Positions 13,591-26,340 of a stretch of DNA of 64,000 nucleotides are shown here, one piece after another. How positions within the stretch are numbered: position 1 is the stretch's first letter; each line of letters begins with the position of its first letter. The translations under genes and the position numbers were made by a program. Source of the stretch: Felis catus (Eukaryota); the NCBI RefSeq assembly GCF_018350175.1, contig NC_058373.1:101124001-101188000 (forward strand). Reading direction: 5' to 3'. Below the pieces are notes generated by a model. That model did no database searches, had not been told where the DNA came from, and saw only the letters and a program-made list of their open reading frames with translations.

Positions 13591-14408
13591 TCTTGGTACT
13601 AAGAGCGGAAGTGTTGACTGCGGAAGTGTTGACTGCTAAAAAAAAAAAAAAAAAAAAAAAATTGGTAAAAATCAGGTAAAATCCAGCTTGTTCAATGATT
13701 AAATATTTTAAAAATCTGAATAACTATAGTACAAATCCTTTACGTTTAAAATTCTATTTTTTCAAACAAAAAATAAATTTTTGTTTCAAAATTTTCTATT
13801 AGTAGACCCACTGGGTTAATTCGGCCTGTAGCATGCCAGAAAATGACCTAATGTTGCTTCCCCTCCTTCTTATAATGATACTTAAGAAATATCAGTCTGC
13901 CCATAATTATTAAGTTACTATTTCTGCACTCCTCTATCTATAAATGCATAGTGTTTAGCCCTAAAATCAGACACAACGGACAACATACATAGATAATCAG
14001 AAATAGAAGAAGACGAATACATACGAAATTAGAAATTACATTGGGAATAATTGTCTTAGTGATTCTGCCTGAACAAGTGGTGAATATAACTGGATACAAA
14101 TAGCCCTTTGTACAAAACAATTCTCAAAACGTGCTCCAAGAAAACCTGGGGCTTCACAGTACCATTTCAGGAGGTCCTCAAGATCAAAACCATGTTCCTA
14201 ATGGTTCTTTGCTCTCATTCTGTCCTGAGTATACACAGGCATTTTTGCACTATTATGTGCTTAGAATGTAAACTCCTAACTTTTGCAACTCCGGCAAAGT
14301 GGGAAATCTCAGGGAAAGACCATATAGCTAGGTGGCCTGGAACTATGGGACAGGCTTTCAAAGTTCATGAAAATGGTCTGTGGTAGTAAGCACGCTTGTC
14401 TTCTACAC

Positions 14409-14505
14409 CAGTGGTTGTCCAATCTGAGTCTGCAGCAGAATTACCTGGGAGGCTTGTTACAACACAGATTGCTGGGTCCCACCTCCAGACATCCTCATTC
14501 AGTGT
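14409..14505 (-). mobile_element. MER5A-like hAT-Charlie MITE fragment
   Basis: cagtggttgtccaa...gcagcagaattacctgggaggcttgttacaacacagattgctgggtcccacc matches the reverse of recalled MER5A. Confidence 0.8.
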
Positions 14506-15654
14506 TCTGAATTCTGAATCACTGTTCTCAGCTGTCGACCAGCCAAACTGACTTCTGTCCAACTGGCGAGGCTTCAGATGGTAAAACCAAGTGTGTGACC
14601 TATTCTAAACTTCTCAACTTCCTGTGGTTTGTCCTCATACATGGCTCTTCACAAACTCACTACTTGGGTCCACTGCTCTCAGATAAGTATTCGTGGAAAA
14701 ACTTTAGAAACATTTGACATTAAAGGTTCTTTCTAGACGTTCACGCGTTGGTTATGTTACTTGATGTTGGAAGTTTTAGTCCTGAAATGGTTCATTGGAA
14801 TTGGAAATTATGCAGGTGAAAACCCTTGGAGCATAAGCAAATACCTGGGAGCCACCTTCAATACTGTTGCAGTCAGTAAAAGAAGTTAAGTGTTTAAATA
14901 AAAATATTATCTGTAATTGCTAAGAATATGCCTTTCGTGATACGCTGAGGTGCGCACTGCACCCAACAGAATTCCGTGAGGCTGAGAAGTCTTTGAGGGC
15001 CTGTTGTCCTAACAGAACATTTGCCAGTATCCTGACGGAATTAGGAAGTCCTCCTTGAGCTGCCCTCCAGACATGAGCACACACAAAGGAAGGCTTCATC
15101 TGAAATCCTAAGCAAATAAAAGTCAAGTGAGGAAAGTGGAACATTAAATTTTAGAATTGGCAGGTAGCAACATTTTGCAACCTTGAAGATATTATTTAAC
15201 TAAGAGTTGGAGTTCAACAAAACTGCAATTTTGACAACGAAATGCCGCCTAAAGGTGAAGACTGTACCTGGAAAAAGATCTAAAGTGCAGTTCTTTAACT
15301 CAGGGTAATAGGCACTAAAGGCATATATGCCAAAGTCCCGGGGGCAGAGAATAATCTGCAGATCACAGAGAAAGGAGAGAATCGACCTTGGTAGGGGAAC
15401 CCTGGAACACTCCTTTAGATGGGCTGCGGCTATAGAGTCATTTTCCTTGCTTCTCTCTTAGATATTTAGCATTTCCACCGAGAGGTTTTTCCCTCCCTAA
15501 ACAATTTCAGATTTCTGTAAAGCTGTTAGCATTGATGTGCTGACATTTTATCTGCTCTCTTTATAGGTATCCTTACTCAGATATAGAATTCTCAATCATT
15601 TCTAAGCAAGAACTTCACAAGGATTCCAAAGCCACGCGCGCCTTGTCCACTCAA

Positions 15655-15990
15655 TTTATCCAAGTTGATTCAACAGGAGACTGTAAGGTGCCCATTCCGA
15701 GTAACATACTGTATTCAATACTTTGGGGGAAGAGAAAGATGCATCTGACATGGAGTCTGCCCCAAAGGGTCTCATATATGGTCTGGCTGAACAAATAAGT
15801 TGACTACATTTATTCTGATGAAATAGAGGTGACAGTGATGATCGTGGCAAGCAAGACAAATGTAAGGTACAAGGAGAGTGAAGTGAAGGAGTGGGGGTCA
15901 GGAAAGGTTTGGAGGAAGAAGGGCTTTTTAAACTGAGCTTTGAGGAACAGGCAGAATTTGGACATGTAGAGAGATAAGGGAGCACAGTGT
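15655..15990 (-). mobile_element. L2 relic (3' part)
   Basis: gagtctgcccc...aggaaaggtttggaggaagaagggctttttaaactgagctttgagga matches the typical reverse L2 3' pattern. Confidence 0.6.
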
Positions 15991-18003
15991 GTCAAACTTG
16001 TCCGGATGACAGTTTGTATGTGCAAAGCAAACCCAGCTTGGTACCCCAGAATCAACCCCTCCGTGGGTTAGGCCATCTCATTCACATCACACATCCCCCA
16101 AATAACAATTGATTTGGAGTTCCAGTAACATTCTCGTCCAGAAATATTTTTATAGAGTCTTTTTTTTCTTCCCTGGATATTCAATTTCCTAGTGTGAAAT
16201 CCAGTGCTCCATAGCACAAATTCATGTCTGTGCTTTGTCTAGATTAAATTTTTTAAAACAGCTGTGCTGAGATTTATGTTATTTGTATACAAATGATGCA
16301 TTTGACATGGGAAAGACCTCTACAAATCTAGCTGCCTCTAGACTCTTTGGGAAAAATAACAGAGAAATCATCCCCAGTGTAAATTTCATAGCCTCAGGTC
16401 TGCCCCAGCGATACATTTCCAGTTGAATGGTTTCATCACAGAGAAAAAACACTAGGATTAAAAACAAAAGAGGCACAGATAAGAAGGAGGAGGAAGAAGA
16501 GGAAGCCAAAGGAAAAAAAAAGCCCAAATGCAACAAAAAGAAGGAGGAAGTTGTCCGGAAATGAGGAAAGCATAGCAGGGACAAGGGAAGAGATGGAAAG
16601 GGAAGACAGGATGGGGTGACAAGAAGACTTTGTAAAGCAATGCAAACCCTTTTGCCTGTCCTTACTGTGAAAAGTGTCATGGACCCTCCTAGGGAGGTTG
16701 CTCCCCATGGACACACCCATTATTAGGACTTCAAACCATCTGTCTGGCCCAGCCTTTGGCATTCCTGTCCTTGTGGGATAGAGGAAAGACAGACAGAATG
16801 CATGGGCTGGAGGAGGCGATGCATGCCAGGGAAGCCTGTGAGGATTGGAGGAAAGAGACCACGCTGGCCCCGATAGCCAGACACCTGTGTAAACTGCAGG
16901 AAGCTGAGAGGAGCCCAGCTGAGCTGATGGAGACACCACATGCAAGCGGCTGTAGGAGGCAAAGTCAAACAGAGACAAAGGCAGGCGCACACATGCATGT
17001 GTGCACAAGCACACACACACATACACACACGGGGAAATGAAGCAGACTGATCCAGGAAAGGGCAGAGAAACATTGAGAGGGAAAAAGAAATATTAAGACA
17101 AGGAAAATTACCACTGCTCCCCCTCCAAAGTGCTAAAGGAATATGGTTATTTCTAAATAAATGCCCTCATATTGCATGTTCATAGAAATTTATTTTCTAC
17201 ATCAAAAAGGCATAAACAGTACCTTTCACTGGGTGAAGAGCACCCAATTAATTAAACTTAATAACTTGTCAAATATCTAGACAGGTGGAAGCTCACTTTA
17301 AAAAAAAACAAACCTGTAGCTGTTTTGTATAATGCATATGCCCACCCCAAACCTCCTGAATCAGAATTTCTAGGCACAAGTCCTGAATCAAGGACTGATG
17401 CCCCCTCCTACTAAAGAGCTTCTGGGACATTGGCAGTGCCTTGCATTTCCTTTAGAGGAACATAGAGCCTATCTCTGGGAAATGAAACTGTTTACCTGCT
17501 CTGTGTTTTAAAGGAAACATGCCCAGTGCACACCCAAACATAACAGAGGGAAACAGGGATTAAGATCTCGAAATTTGAATTCTTAGAAAAACGGTATACA
17601 ACATAAACAAGTTAACACCAAGGACTTTCATAAACGCTCTGATCTAATATCCTTAAGGTGTAGTGATTCTCTGCTTACTTAAGCATGTTTTTGGTACATG
17701 AGCAAAGTGCAAGATAGTGTTTCCCAAAGTATGCTCCATGGCATGCTAATCCCCCAGAAGGCTGTTTGAAGAAAAATGTTAAAGGAGATTGAAAACTGCT
17801 ACAGATATTCCCCAGCATCCCCACACGTATACCAACCACCATGATCCAATGAATATTAGTATTTATGACATTAAAAAAATCTATTTAATCTGTTTCAAAA
17901 ATTGTTTTCCAAACTTATGTTAGCCAATTTTCAGTACAATGCCTATGAGTGTCATAAGGAACTAGTATTATAAGAAATTCATTTTTAAAAAGTCTTGAAA
18001 CAT

Positions 18004-18235
18004 GGGGGAGCCTGGGTGGCTCATTTGGCTCAGCATCCAACTCAGCTCAGGTCATGATCTTATGGTTCATGAGTCTGAGCCCCGCATTGGGCTCTGCACT
18101 GACAGTGTAGAGCCTGCTTGGGATTTTCTCTCTCTCTCCCCCACTCTCTCTCTCTCTCTCTCTGCCCATTCCCCACTTGCTCTCACTCTCTCAAAATAAA
18201 CAAACTTTAAAAAATAATAATAAAATAAATAATAA
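18004..18235 (+). mobile_element. CAN-SINE
   Basis: gggggagcctgggtggctca head, CT tract, A-tail; TSD-like aaaaag(t/c)cttg. Confidence 0.95.
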
Positions 18236-18462
18236 AAAGCCTTGGAAACTTGTGTAAAGAAAGTAACTGGTCACCAATCACATCTTCACATTTGTTTTTT
18301 TTAAAAAGGCAAAACCAAATTTGCCAAATTTGCCAAATTATAAAGCACAGCAACAACACAGGCCTATGTTAAAAACACATATACTGGCATTCAGTATTTT
18401 CCACACTGTACGTTCCTAAACTACCTGAGATGAAGATCAAACGACATTATTTTTGATTTGTT

Positions 18463-18584
<122 letters not shown>

Positions 18585-20727
18585 CTAGCTTTCTGAGGAA
18601 TTTGAGCTAAACACAGCTCATGGGCGTATCAGACAGGAAAATACTATTTTGGCTAATCTTCAGGAATATATTTAATGCTAAGGACATTGTGAAAAGAAAG
18701 CCATTCGTAGGGGATTAACTTGGAGGAGCCTCTTGTCAGATGATCAGGATGCCCTCCTGCCCATTGGGTTGCAGTATAGAGTTGGATCAGGTTCTGTAAG
18801 GTCCTTGTCCCTTCACTTAGCCTGGTGAAGGGTCCTGGTCCCTTACATGGAGCCAGCACACAAGGGGGATGACTGGAAGTAGATCAAATCAGCTGTTGGT
18901 GAAAACACTGGGTTGATTCATAACTGCCTAATTCACCAGCTCACACACATATGTTATATAAGCAAAGCTAACTTGATAGAAAGGCCTTCCGAGAGCCCCT
19001 GAAGGTGAGGCAAATCTGGCTTTAGAAAGGAACACAGGATGAGAGACAAATGTCTCATGAGGGGAATTGGGAAGATGGAGAGCTAACAAGGTAAGAAAAT
19101 GCAAACTTTCATTTCTAGACTAAATGGACCAAGTGAAGGAAAACCTCACGAGTCATTCATGAGTGGCTTACATAATTGGCACTCTGAAATGAGCGAATAA
19201 AACAATTGTTCAAAAGTTGGCTTTTTCATCATGGAGGTGGCTTTTACGCATGGTTTTGGAGCAAGCGGTTGCTAGGAAATATGACAGAATGAGGAAACAG
19301 ACTGTAAGTGATATTTGGGGTGTGTGCAAGATAGGGTGGGGTGGGCAAGATGATCTAACATACCTAAGTTTCTTGTCCGTGGTTGATTTGGTTTTAAGTC
19401 TTTATTTTGAAATTTCCAAAGCATACCTTTCTAACTTGGTTTTAGAATATGAAACCCGATATGCATTCTTTTAAAACCTAGTGTCTGCACGATGGATGAT
19501 GGTGGTGAGAGAGAACAATTCAGCAAGAAAACAATGAAAAATTCCATTATGTTGTTCATCAGGTCAAGATTTTGTTAATTGTGTCTCAGTTTTCTCCTCA
19601 ATAGAAACAGGTGTGGTTTTACTCAAAGTAAAAATGCCAAATAATCTTCTAATGGTCACAAAGCTATGTACTGTTGTTTGTTGATTTCCATTGCTCTCTT
19701 TCTTTCCCCAAACCTCTCCCTTGTCCCACCCATGAATAGTTCAGCACAGTACTAAGCCAGCAGCTAGGGCAATGGGAACACAGGAGCTGGCTCCTCTGGG
19801 TGCTAAGGAAAAAATAACCACCACCACATCAGTAATGGAAACGGGGTGATGTTTTTCGAAGCAGTCTCTGTGTGAAACATGCTACAGACATAGACCTACT
19901 TGTGGTTCTCCTGTGTGGCTTCGTTGAGGCTCAGAAGAGTCCTTGCTAAAGAGAAAAAAAAAAAGTCTCTGTTACCTTTGAATTGACTGGGTTTCTCAAA
20001 CTGATGGTCCAGGAGAGTGAAAATATCTATTGATCTGTGGATAAAGAAGTATGTATAGATTTATATAATGTTAGGGGAGAAATATATAAATGTATAAAGC
20101 AGATCGTAAAGAAATATGCATAGGCTAATCCCATTTTGTTAAAATAAGTAATATCTGTTTCCATGAAAAATGTATTGTAGGTAACAGCCTGCTAAAATGG
20201 TAGTCTCCACGTGTTAGTTTTAATAAGATAGACTCAGAATGAGTAATGACACAGGCCTCCAGAATTTCTGACTTTAGAAACGAAACAATCAAATACCAGT
20301 TCTACAATTCTAGGTCACTTGCCAAAGGACCTCTCACTCACACTGAGAACATGAAAGAGTAGGAAAGAGAAGGGGGTTTTCGGTAAGATGCTGGAGAGAG
20401 CTATTCTAGGCTCCAAATTCCATTCCCCTAAAGCAGGAGATAAGAAGTGCCACCCTTTTCACCTCTAGTCTTATGAGAATGGACTTCCACGGGATTACTC
20501 AGAGAGCTTAGAGTACATTCTTTGTCTTTAGGAAACACAGAGGGCTAGTAACTAACACACGTTGAGAGTGTTAAAACCGTGTGGCAATGGGGTAGAGATA
20601 GCTGCCTTGGAACTCGTCTATTTTCCGAGAGTTTGTTGGGGAAAAAGATGCGTGAGTATTTCTCATGGACAAGAGGTGAACCACATGTAAGAGCAGGCTA
20701 ACAAAGGCTGGTATTAGGTCCTTAAAG

Positions 20728-20943
20728 TTTTTTTTTTTTTTAATGTTTATTTATTTTTGAGAGAGAGAGAGAGAAACAGAGCATGAGCGGGGCAGGGGCA
20801 GAGAGAGAGGGAGACAGAATCTAAAGCAGGCTCCAGTCTCTGAGCTGTCAGCACAGAGCCCGACGCGGGGCTCAAACTCACCAACGTGATCATGACCTGA
20901 GCCAAAGTTGGACGCTTAACCGACTGAGCCACCCAGGCACCCC
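20728..20943 (-). mobile_element. CAN-SINE (SINEC_Fc type)
   Basis: Reverse head ttaaccgactgagccacccaggcacccc, poly-T tail, TSD-like tt(a/g)ggtcctt(t)aaa. Confidence 0.96.
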
Positions 20944-21129
20944 TTGGGTCCTTTAAAATAAAAGTAACCAGAGGAACAAAGGGACTGAGCACCAAGAAGC
21001 TGAAGACAGATACCTGGACTCCTAGAAGCTGTGGAAGTAGTTGCGAATAACCATCCCAGAAAGAATTGCATGTAGCCCTAAGTGGTGGGAATCTCTGAGG
21101 ACTAGCAAAAAGGGTCAAAAAAAGAAAAA

Positions 21130-21248
21130 GTAGTAACCTTTAACTAGGGCCTTTTTGAAAGTGAAAATGGGAGCTACTAATAGTTATTCTGGGACAATAA
21201 ACATAAACCAGCATTATCCCAAGTAAACTGGAAAGAATGGTTATCCTG
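21130..21248 (-). mobile_element. MER94-like hAT-Blackjack MITE (degenerate)
   Basis: tttttgaaagtgaaaatgggagctactaatagttattctgggacaataaacataaacc follows the reverse of recalled MER94. Confidence 0.6.
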
Positions 21249-21249
21249 T

Positions 21250-21371
21250 GAGGTGCCTGGGTGGCTCAGTCAGCTGAGCATCTGACTCTTGATTTCAGCT
21301 TAGGTCATGATCCCAGGGTCATGGGATTGAGCTCCACATTGGGTTCCACACTGAGTGTGGACCTTGCTTGA

Positions 21372-21434
<63 letters not shown>

Positions 21435-21450
21435 GCCTCTCTCCTCTACT
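21250..21450 (+). mobile_element. CAN-SINE with expanded (CT)n and no A-tail (3'-deleted)
   Basis: ggtgcctgggtggctcagtcag head, about 60 bp (ct)n, no AATAAA or poly-A. Confidence 0.9.
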
Positions 21451-21872
21451 CCTAATTTTTACTGTCACGCAGACAGCCTCATGCTGATTATGACAGCACT
21501 CACTATTTAAGATTGTGCCCATATCCCCTTGGCTAGACCATGAAGGGGCAAGAAAAAGATAAGCTATGAAAAAGAAAAGGACCATATCCCCCATTCCCAA
21601 GAGTTACTTTGTTGTCTATTATTTAGTTTTGAAACTTAAAGAGGTTTTAAGCTAGTCTTTGGCTGCTAATTTCTAATTCTACTGCAGTACATTTAAAGAA
21701 TACTGTCCGCATATTGATTTATTGAAGGTTTTCAATGGTTTAATACTTTTGTAAGAGCTGTATATGTTTGAAGCCAAGTAGTATTCTCTGTTTGCTGGGG
21801 TAGAGTTCTGCATATATTACCAACTTAAACCTCATACCTTACATGAAAAGTAACTCAAAATGGACCATAGAT

Positions 21873-22097
21873 GGGCACCTGGGTGGCTCAGTTGGTTGGG
21901 CATCCAACTTCAGCTCAGGTCATGATCCTGAGGTTCGTGAGTTCAAGTCCTCCATCAAGCTCTGTGCCGACAGCTCAGAGCCTGGAGCCTGCTTTGGATT
22001 CTGTGTCTTCTCTCATCCTGCCCCTCCCCTGCTCATGCTCTGTCTCTCTCTGTCTCTCTCTCTCTCTCAAAAATAAATAAACATTAAAACATTTTTT
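21873..22097 (+). mobile_element. CAN-SINE (SINEC_Fc type)
   Basis: Perfect 15-bp TSD aaatggaccatagat at 21858-21872 and 22098-22112. Confidence 0.96.
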
Positions 22098-22719
22098 AAA
22101 TGGACCATAGATTTAAATAAAATCATAAAACTATAAAACTTTTCAAAGATAACATAGGAGATCATCCAGACCGAGGACTTAATGAAGAGTTCTTAGACAA
22201 ATTACCAAAAGCATGATCCATTAAAGAAAAAAAAAAAAATCAGTAAATTAAACTATATCAAAATGAAAGTCTTTTGTTCTGCAAAGACACTGTTTATCCC
22301 CCCGACCCGCCATTAAGAGGATAAAAAGACAAGTTGCAGTTTAGGAAAAAATATTTGCAAGTGGCATTTTTGACAAAGGACTAGAACATATAAAGAACTC
22401 CCAAACTCAACAATATCAAAACAAACAATCCAAATAGAAAATAGGCAAAGACATAAAGGGAGACATTTCACTGAAAAGGATATATGAATGATGAATACAC
22501 ACATGAAAACATGTTACTACTGACCCTTAGGGAAATGTAAATTAAGGCCATGATGAGTTATCACTACACATTTAAAATTAAAAATAATGACAATGACAAA
22601 TGCTGGTGAGGATGTGGAGAAGTTGGGGGGGGGAGTGGAAAAAAGGATGTGGAGAAGGTAGATTTCTCATACATTCCTGGTGGGAAAGAGTTTGAAAGTT
22701 TCTTTAAAAACTAAACATA

Positions 22720-22947
22720 GGGGCACCTGGGTGGCTCAGTTGGTTAAGCGACTGACTTCAGCTCAGGTCATGATCTCGCAGTCCATGAGTTCGAGACCCG
22801 CATTAGGCTCTGTGCTGACAGCTCAGAGCCAGAAGCCTGCTTCAGATTCTGTGTCTCCCTCTCTCTCTGCCCCTCCACTGCTCACGCTCTGTGTCTCTCT
22901 CTCAACAATAAATAAATGTTAAAAAAAATTTTAATATGAAAAAAAAC
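22720..22947 (+). mobile_element. CAN-SINE (SINEC_Fc type)
   Basis: Full head and tail; TSD aactaaacata at 22709-22719 and 22948-22958. Confidence 0.96.
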
Positions 22948-25900
22948 AACTAAACATATACTTACCATATAAGCTCAACATTGTACTCCTGAGCATCTAT
23001 TCTAGAGAAATAAAAACATCTCTGTACAAAAATGTATATATGACTGTTCACAGCATGTATATTTGTAATGGTCAAAATATCCTTCAATGGATGGATAGTT
23101 AAACTAAATATATCAATACCATGGAATACTAGTTAGCAATAAAAAGAAGCAAACTCTTGATACATACAACTTAGATGGAGCTTACAGTCAGCATGCTGAG
23201 TGAAAAAAGATAATTTCAAATAATTAAATATTATATGATTCTATTTATATAACATTTAAAATGATAAAATTATAGAGGCGGAAAAAATTGGGGGTACCCA
23301 AGGTTAGGGACAGTAGAGAGAAAGGAGAAAAGTGGATCTCATGAGGAAGTCTTTATCATGATGTAATAGTTCTGCATCTTAATTGTGGTGGTGTTTACAC
23401 AAATCTACACATGTGATAAATACCCAGAACTACACTCACACATATCGATGCTAAGTTCCTGGGGTTTATATTGTACTATATTTACATATATATCCTCATG
23501 AGGAGAATAAACTCTAAAATAACAAGTTGTAAATCACCAGATCTAAGAAGACTAAGGAATGACCAAACCGCTCTGTGCCCCACTATTTTTAATAGTTGAA
23601 GGTAACAGAATATTGAGATTTGCCCAAGTTATGTATCCTAGTAAGATTATTTCTGAAAAGCAAGTTCTTGGGGATAAAGGGGCTTCGGTACTTCCCCTGT
23701 TCACAAAAAGGTTAGTAATATTATTAAAAGTGACGCTTCTGTATATTTTTGTACAACAGCTTTAGGACAGGCAGACTGTACCAGAAGTCTTTTTTAAGTT
23801 TGACAGACCCAGAGATTAATGATGAATTCAACTCTGCTTCTGCTTTGCTTGACTGCCAAGAGATTTCTGGGTGTCACACAGCAAACTTAGTGAGTCTGAT
23901 TAAAGAAATATTTATACGATGAAACAATCAGTTGAGAAGACGAGCACGTAATTACCACTGACAATGGAACAAACATGGTGAAAGCCATGAGTGATTTAGG
24001 AAGGAACCCCAAGCATACGAGGCCGTGTTCTCACCCTTTATTATTATTTTTTTTTAATTTTTATTTTTTGGTTGGAAGACAGTAAATCTAGTCCCTGATA
24101 TGCCACCTTGGCTGGAAGAGGATGTCCCCAGATATTTGCTTTTAAACATACTAATTCATGCAATAGAGACTCCAGTAGAATTTCAGGAATTATGACATGA
24201 AATTCAGAAATATGCTACGAAAATTGGTCCTTAAGGTGGAAGACATTTTTGGTTAGTACTTAAGAGTCTTTCTTTATGCTTAACTTCTATATCTTTGTTC
24301 TCTACATTTAAGCCTAAAGACCATCCTAAACATTTGAAGTTTTCATTTATAATGAATTCCATGGGGAAAGGCAGCATAAACAGAAGCAGTTCTTTGGGAG
24401 TGTGTGAACTGTAAATCAGTAACAGGCTTTAATCTATGACATAAAATTGATGTTCTCTATGTCAGTGTTTTAAAGTGGGGCACATTTATTCAACCAGAAT
24501 GGCTTAATGGATAGAAGACTGGGAGGAGTTTCTACTTGCCCAGAGCCTAATGCAGCAGCTACCCCTAAACCAGCCTTGTGACCATGCAAGCCATATCACT
24601 CCTTCACACCTCGGAGCTGTTTTTGTTTTTCACTGCAAAATGATGTGGCTACATAACATTAATGATCCTCATAAAACCACCAAAGGTTTATTCAAACTCC
24701 TAAAAAAAAATATGGCGGGGGGGAGGGGTGGGGGGGATGGGAATAGAAATTTTAACGAAAGTGATGGAAGTTTAGATTTAGCCACAGTGGAGAAAGGGAC
24801 AGTGAGCTGACCAAGGATGTGTGAAAGGATCGACCTGGGTTGCTTAGGAACCAGCTGAGAGCAGGATTCTTTGGTCTCTGTTTGCAGGAAAAGGTGGCTT
24901 TTTTGCAATAGTTCTCAGCAAATATTTTTCTTATATGTCATGTCTACTACGTTTTAGTGACCAGAGAGCCAGTATTAGGTAAATGAATGAAGAGATCATT
25001 AGATGAAGGTGGATAGCTTGGACTCATTCATTATCTCTAAAGCACATTTCAGCCCAGAGATTCTGTATCCTTCACAAGAAGGACAGTGGAAAGGCTTAAG
25101 GGAACAAAGATAAAGGAAAAATTAATTTACATCTGAAGGACCAAGGATGCAAGAAGTCAAGAACTGAGCTTTGATGTGTGCCCGCCATTTAATGTTCGTT
25201 CTAGTCTGATTCTGTGTATCAAAATCAAGAATCAAAAAATAATCTTGGAAGTACAATAAGCAACTCTTGAAGAATAGCATGTTGTTATTGTGGGCTTTCT
25301 TGGGTGGTGTGGCTGGAGGTTTCACACCTTCTTCACAGGTAACTTTCTGAAACTCTTGTTTAGACAGGTCATTTTCTCTTCTAAATCTTTCACTGACAAC
25401 TGCTACGACTATTCTAGGCCATCATCAGCACACTCCTCTGTCCAGGCCTTCCTTCACCAGCGCTGCACCAGGAAGAGAGGACCGACATGACCTCCACCCT
25501 GCCCTGAGGCTGTAAGCGTCCCTCTAGGACCACCCAGGGACCCAAAGACCTTGCATGGCCTTCCCTTTCCCCTGTAGAGATTGCACACAGATCTCTGAGA
25601 CACGGATTCATTTCTCCCTCTGACCATTTTTCTCCTGAAATACTCTTGAGAAGAATTTCTGGTGTAAAAACTCTCTATTGCATCATAGTGCAAGCCCTTT
25701 GAAGAGTCAAATAAATGTAGTTACTTAAAACTAAAATTAAATATATGTCATATACAAAATATACACCATCTATTGATAATTTGGCAGAGGGGATGGTTGG
25801 ATAGAGACCCTGTAATTTCCCCCTTCACTCTTGGCTATGAGCCCTGTTTCCACTGACTTAGTTCAGCTAATGAATTGTCTTGCTGTTGTGAATATGTTTT

Positions 25901-25986
25901 ATATGTCCTGTACCATGTCATTCCGGACATGAAAATGCCACCCATTGTCTTTCTCCCAAAACATTTGTGTATATAGCAGACTTCTC

Positions 25987-26053
25987 GAAACATTTAAGAA
26001 TAACAAGAAGGGGCCACATCGTGAAACATTTAAGAATAACAAGGGGCCACATC
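25987..26053. repeat. Two-copy tandem duplication (about 36-bp period)
   Basis: gaaacatttaagaataacaa(gaa)ggggccacatc occurs twice, differing by a 3-bp indel. Confidence 0.95.
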
Positions 26054-26285
26054 ACAGGTAATTCAACATGGAATACTCATCTTCATTATTCTCAAAAGTC
26101 CCTGGCTATTTCCTACAGTCAGCAAAATCCCCTTAGAAGGCAGAAGGACCCCAGAGTGAAACAAGACAGAAGGGAAAAGATTTAAAAGGACCAAGAATGT
26201 AGAGTCAAGTTAGCCTGAAAGACCCTAATAGCAAAAAGCAAAATGGACATTCAAACTGCAGAGAGAAAAATATGATATTTGTTTG

Positions 26286-26288
<3 letters not shown>

Positions 26289-26338
<50 letters not shown>
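26289..26338. repeat. (TA)n microsatellite, about 25 units
   Basis: Read directly. Confidence 0.99.

Positions 26339-26340
<2 letters not shown>

Larger units (their letters stand above)
21815..23500 (+). mobile_element. Old L1M (ORF2 3' end and 3' UTR) with two nested SINEs
   Basis: L1 motifs aactcaaaatggaccatagatttaaat, agacatttcactgaaaaggatata, aaatgctggtgaggatgtggagaa, accatggaatactagttagcaataaaaag. Confidence 0.85.

Noticed and set aside
14845..15107. Possible minus-strand exon (acceptor cttgacttttatttgcttag, donor CAG|gtattt)
   Set aside because: Stops in all three frames and a weak donor; cannot be told from a pseudo-exon without RNA data.
16279..17073. Overlapping long ORFs (145-196 aa)
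   Set aside because: Low-complexity purine-rich and (CA)n sequence, possibly an old LTR relic; no recognisable domain or splice structure.
25987..26053. CRISPR-like direct repeats (also 54576-54653)
   Set aside because: Only two adjacent copies, no spacers, in mammalian DNA; ordinary tandem duplications.
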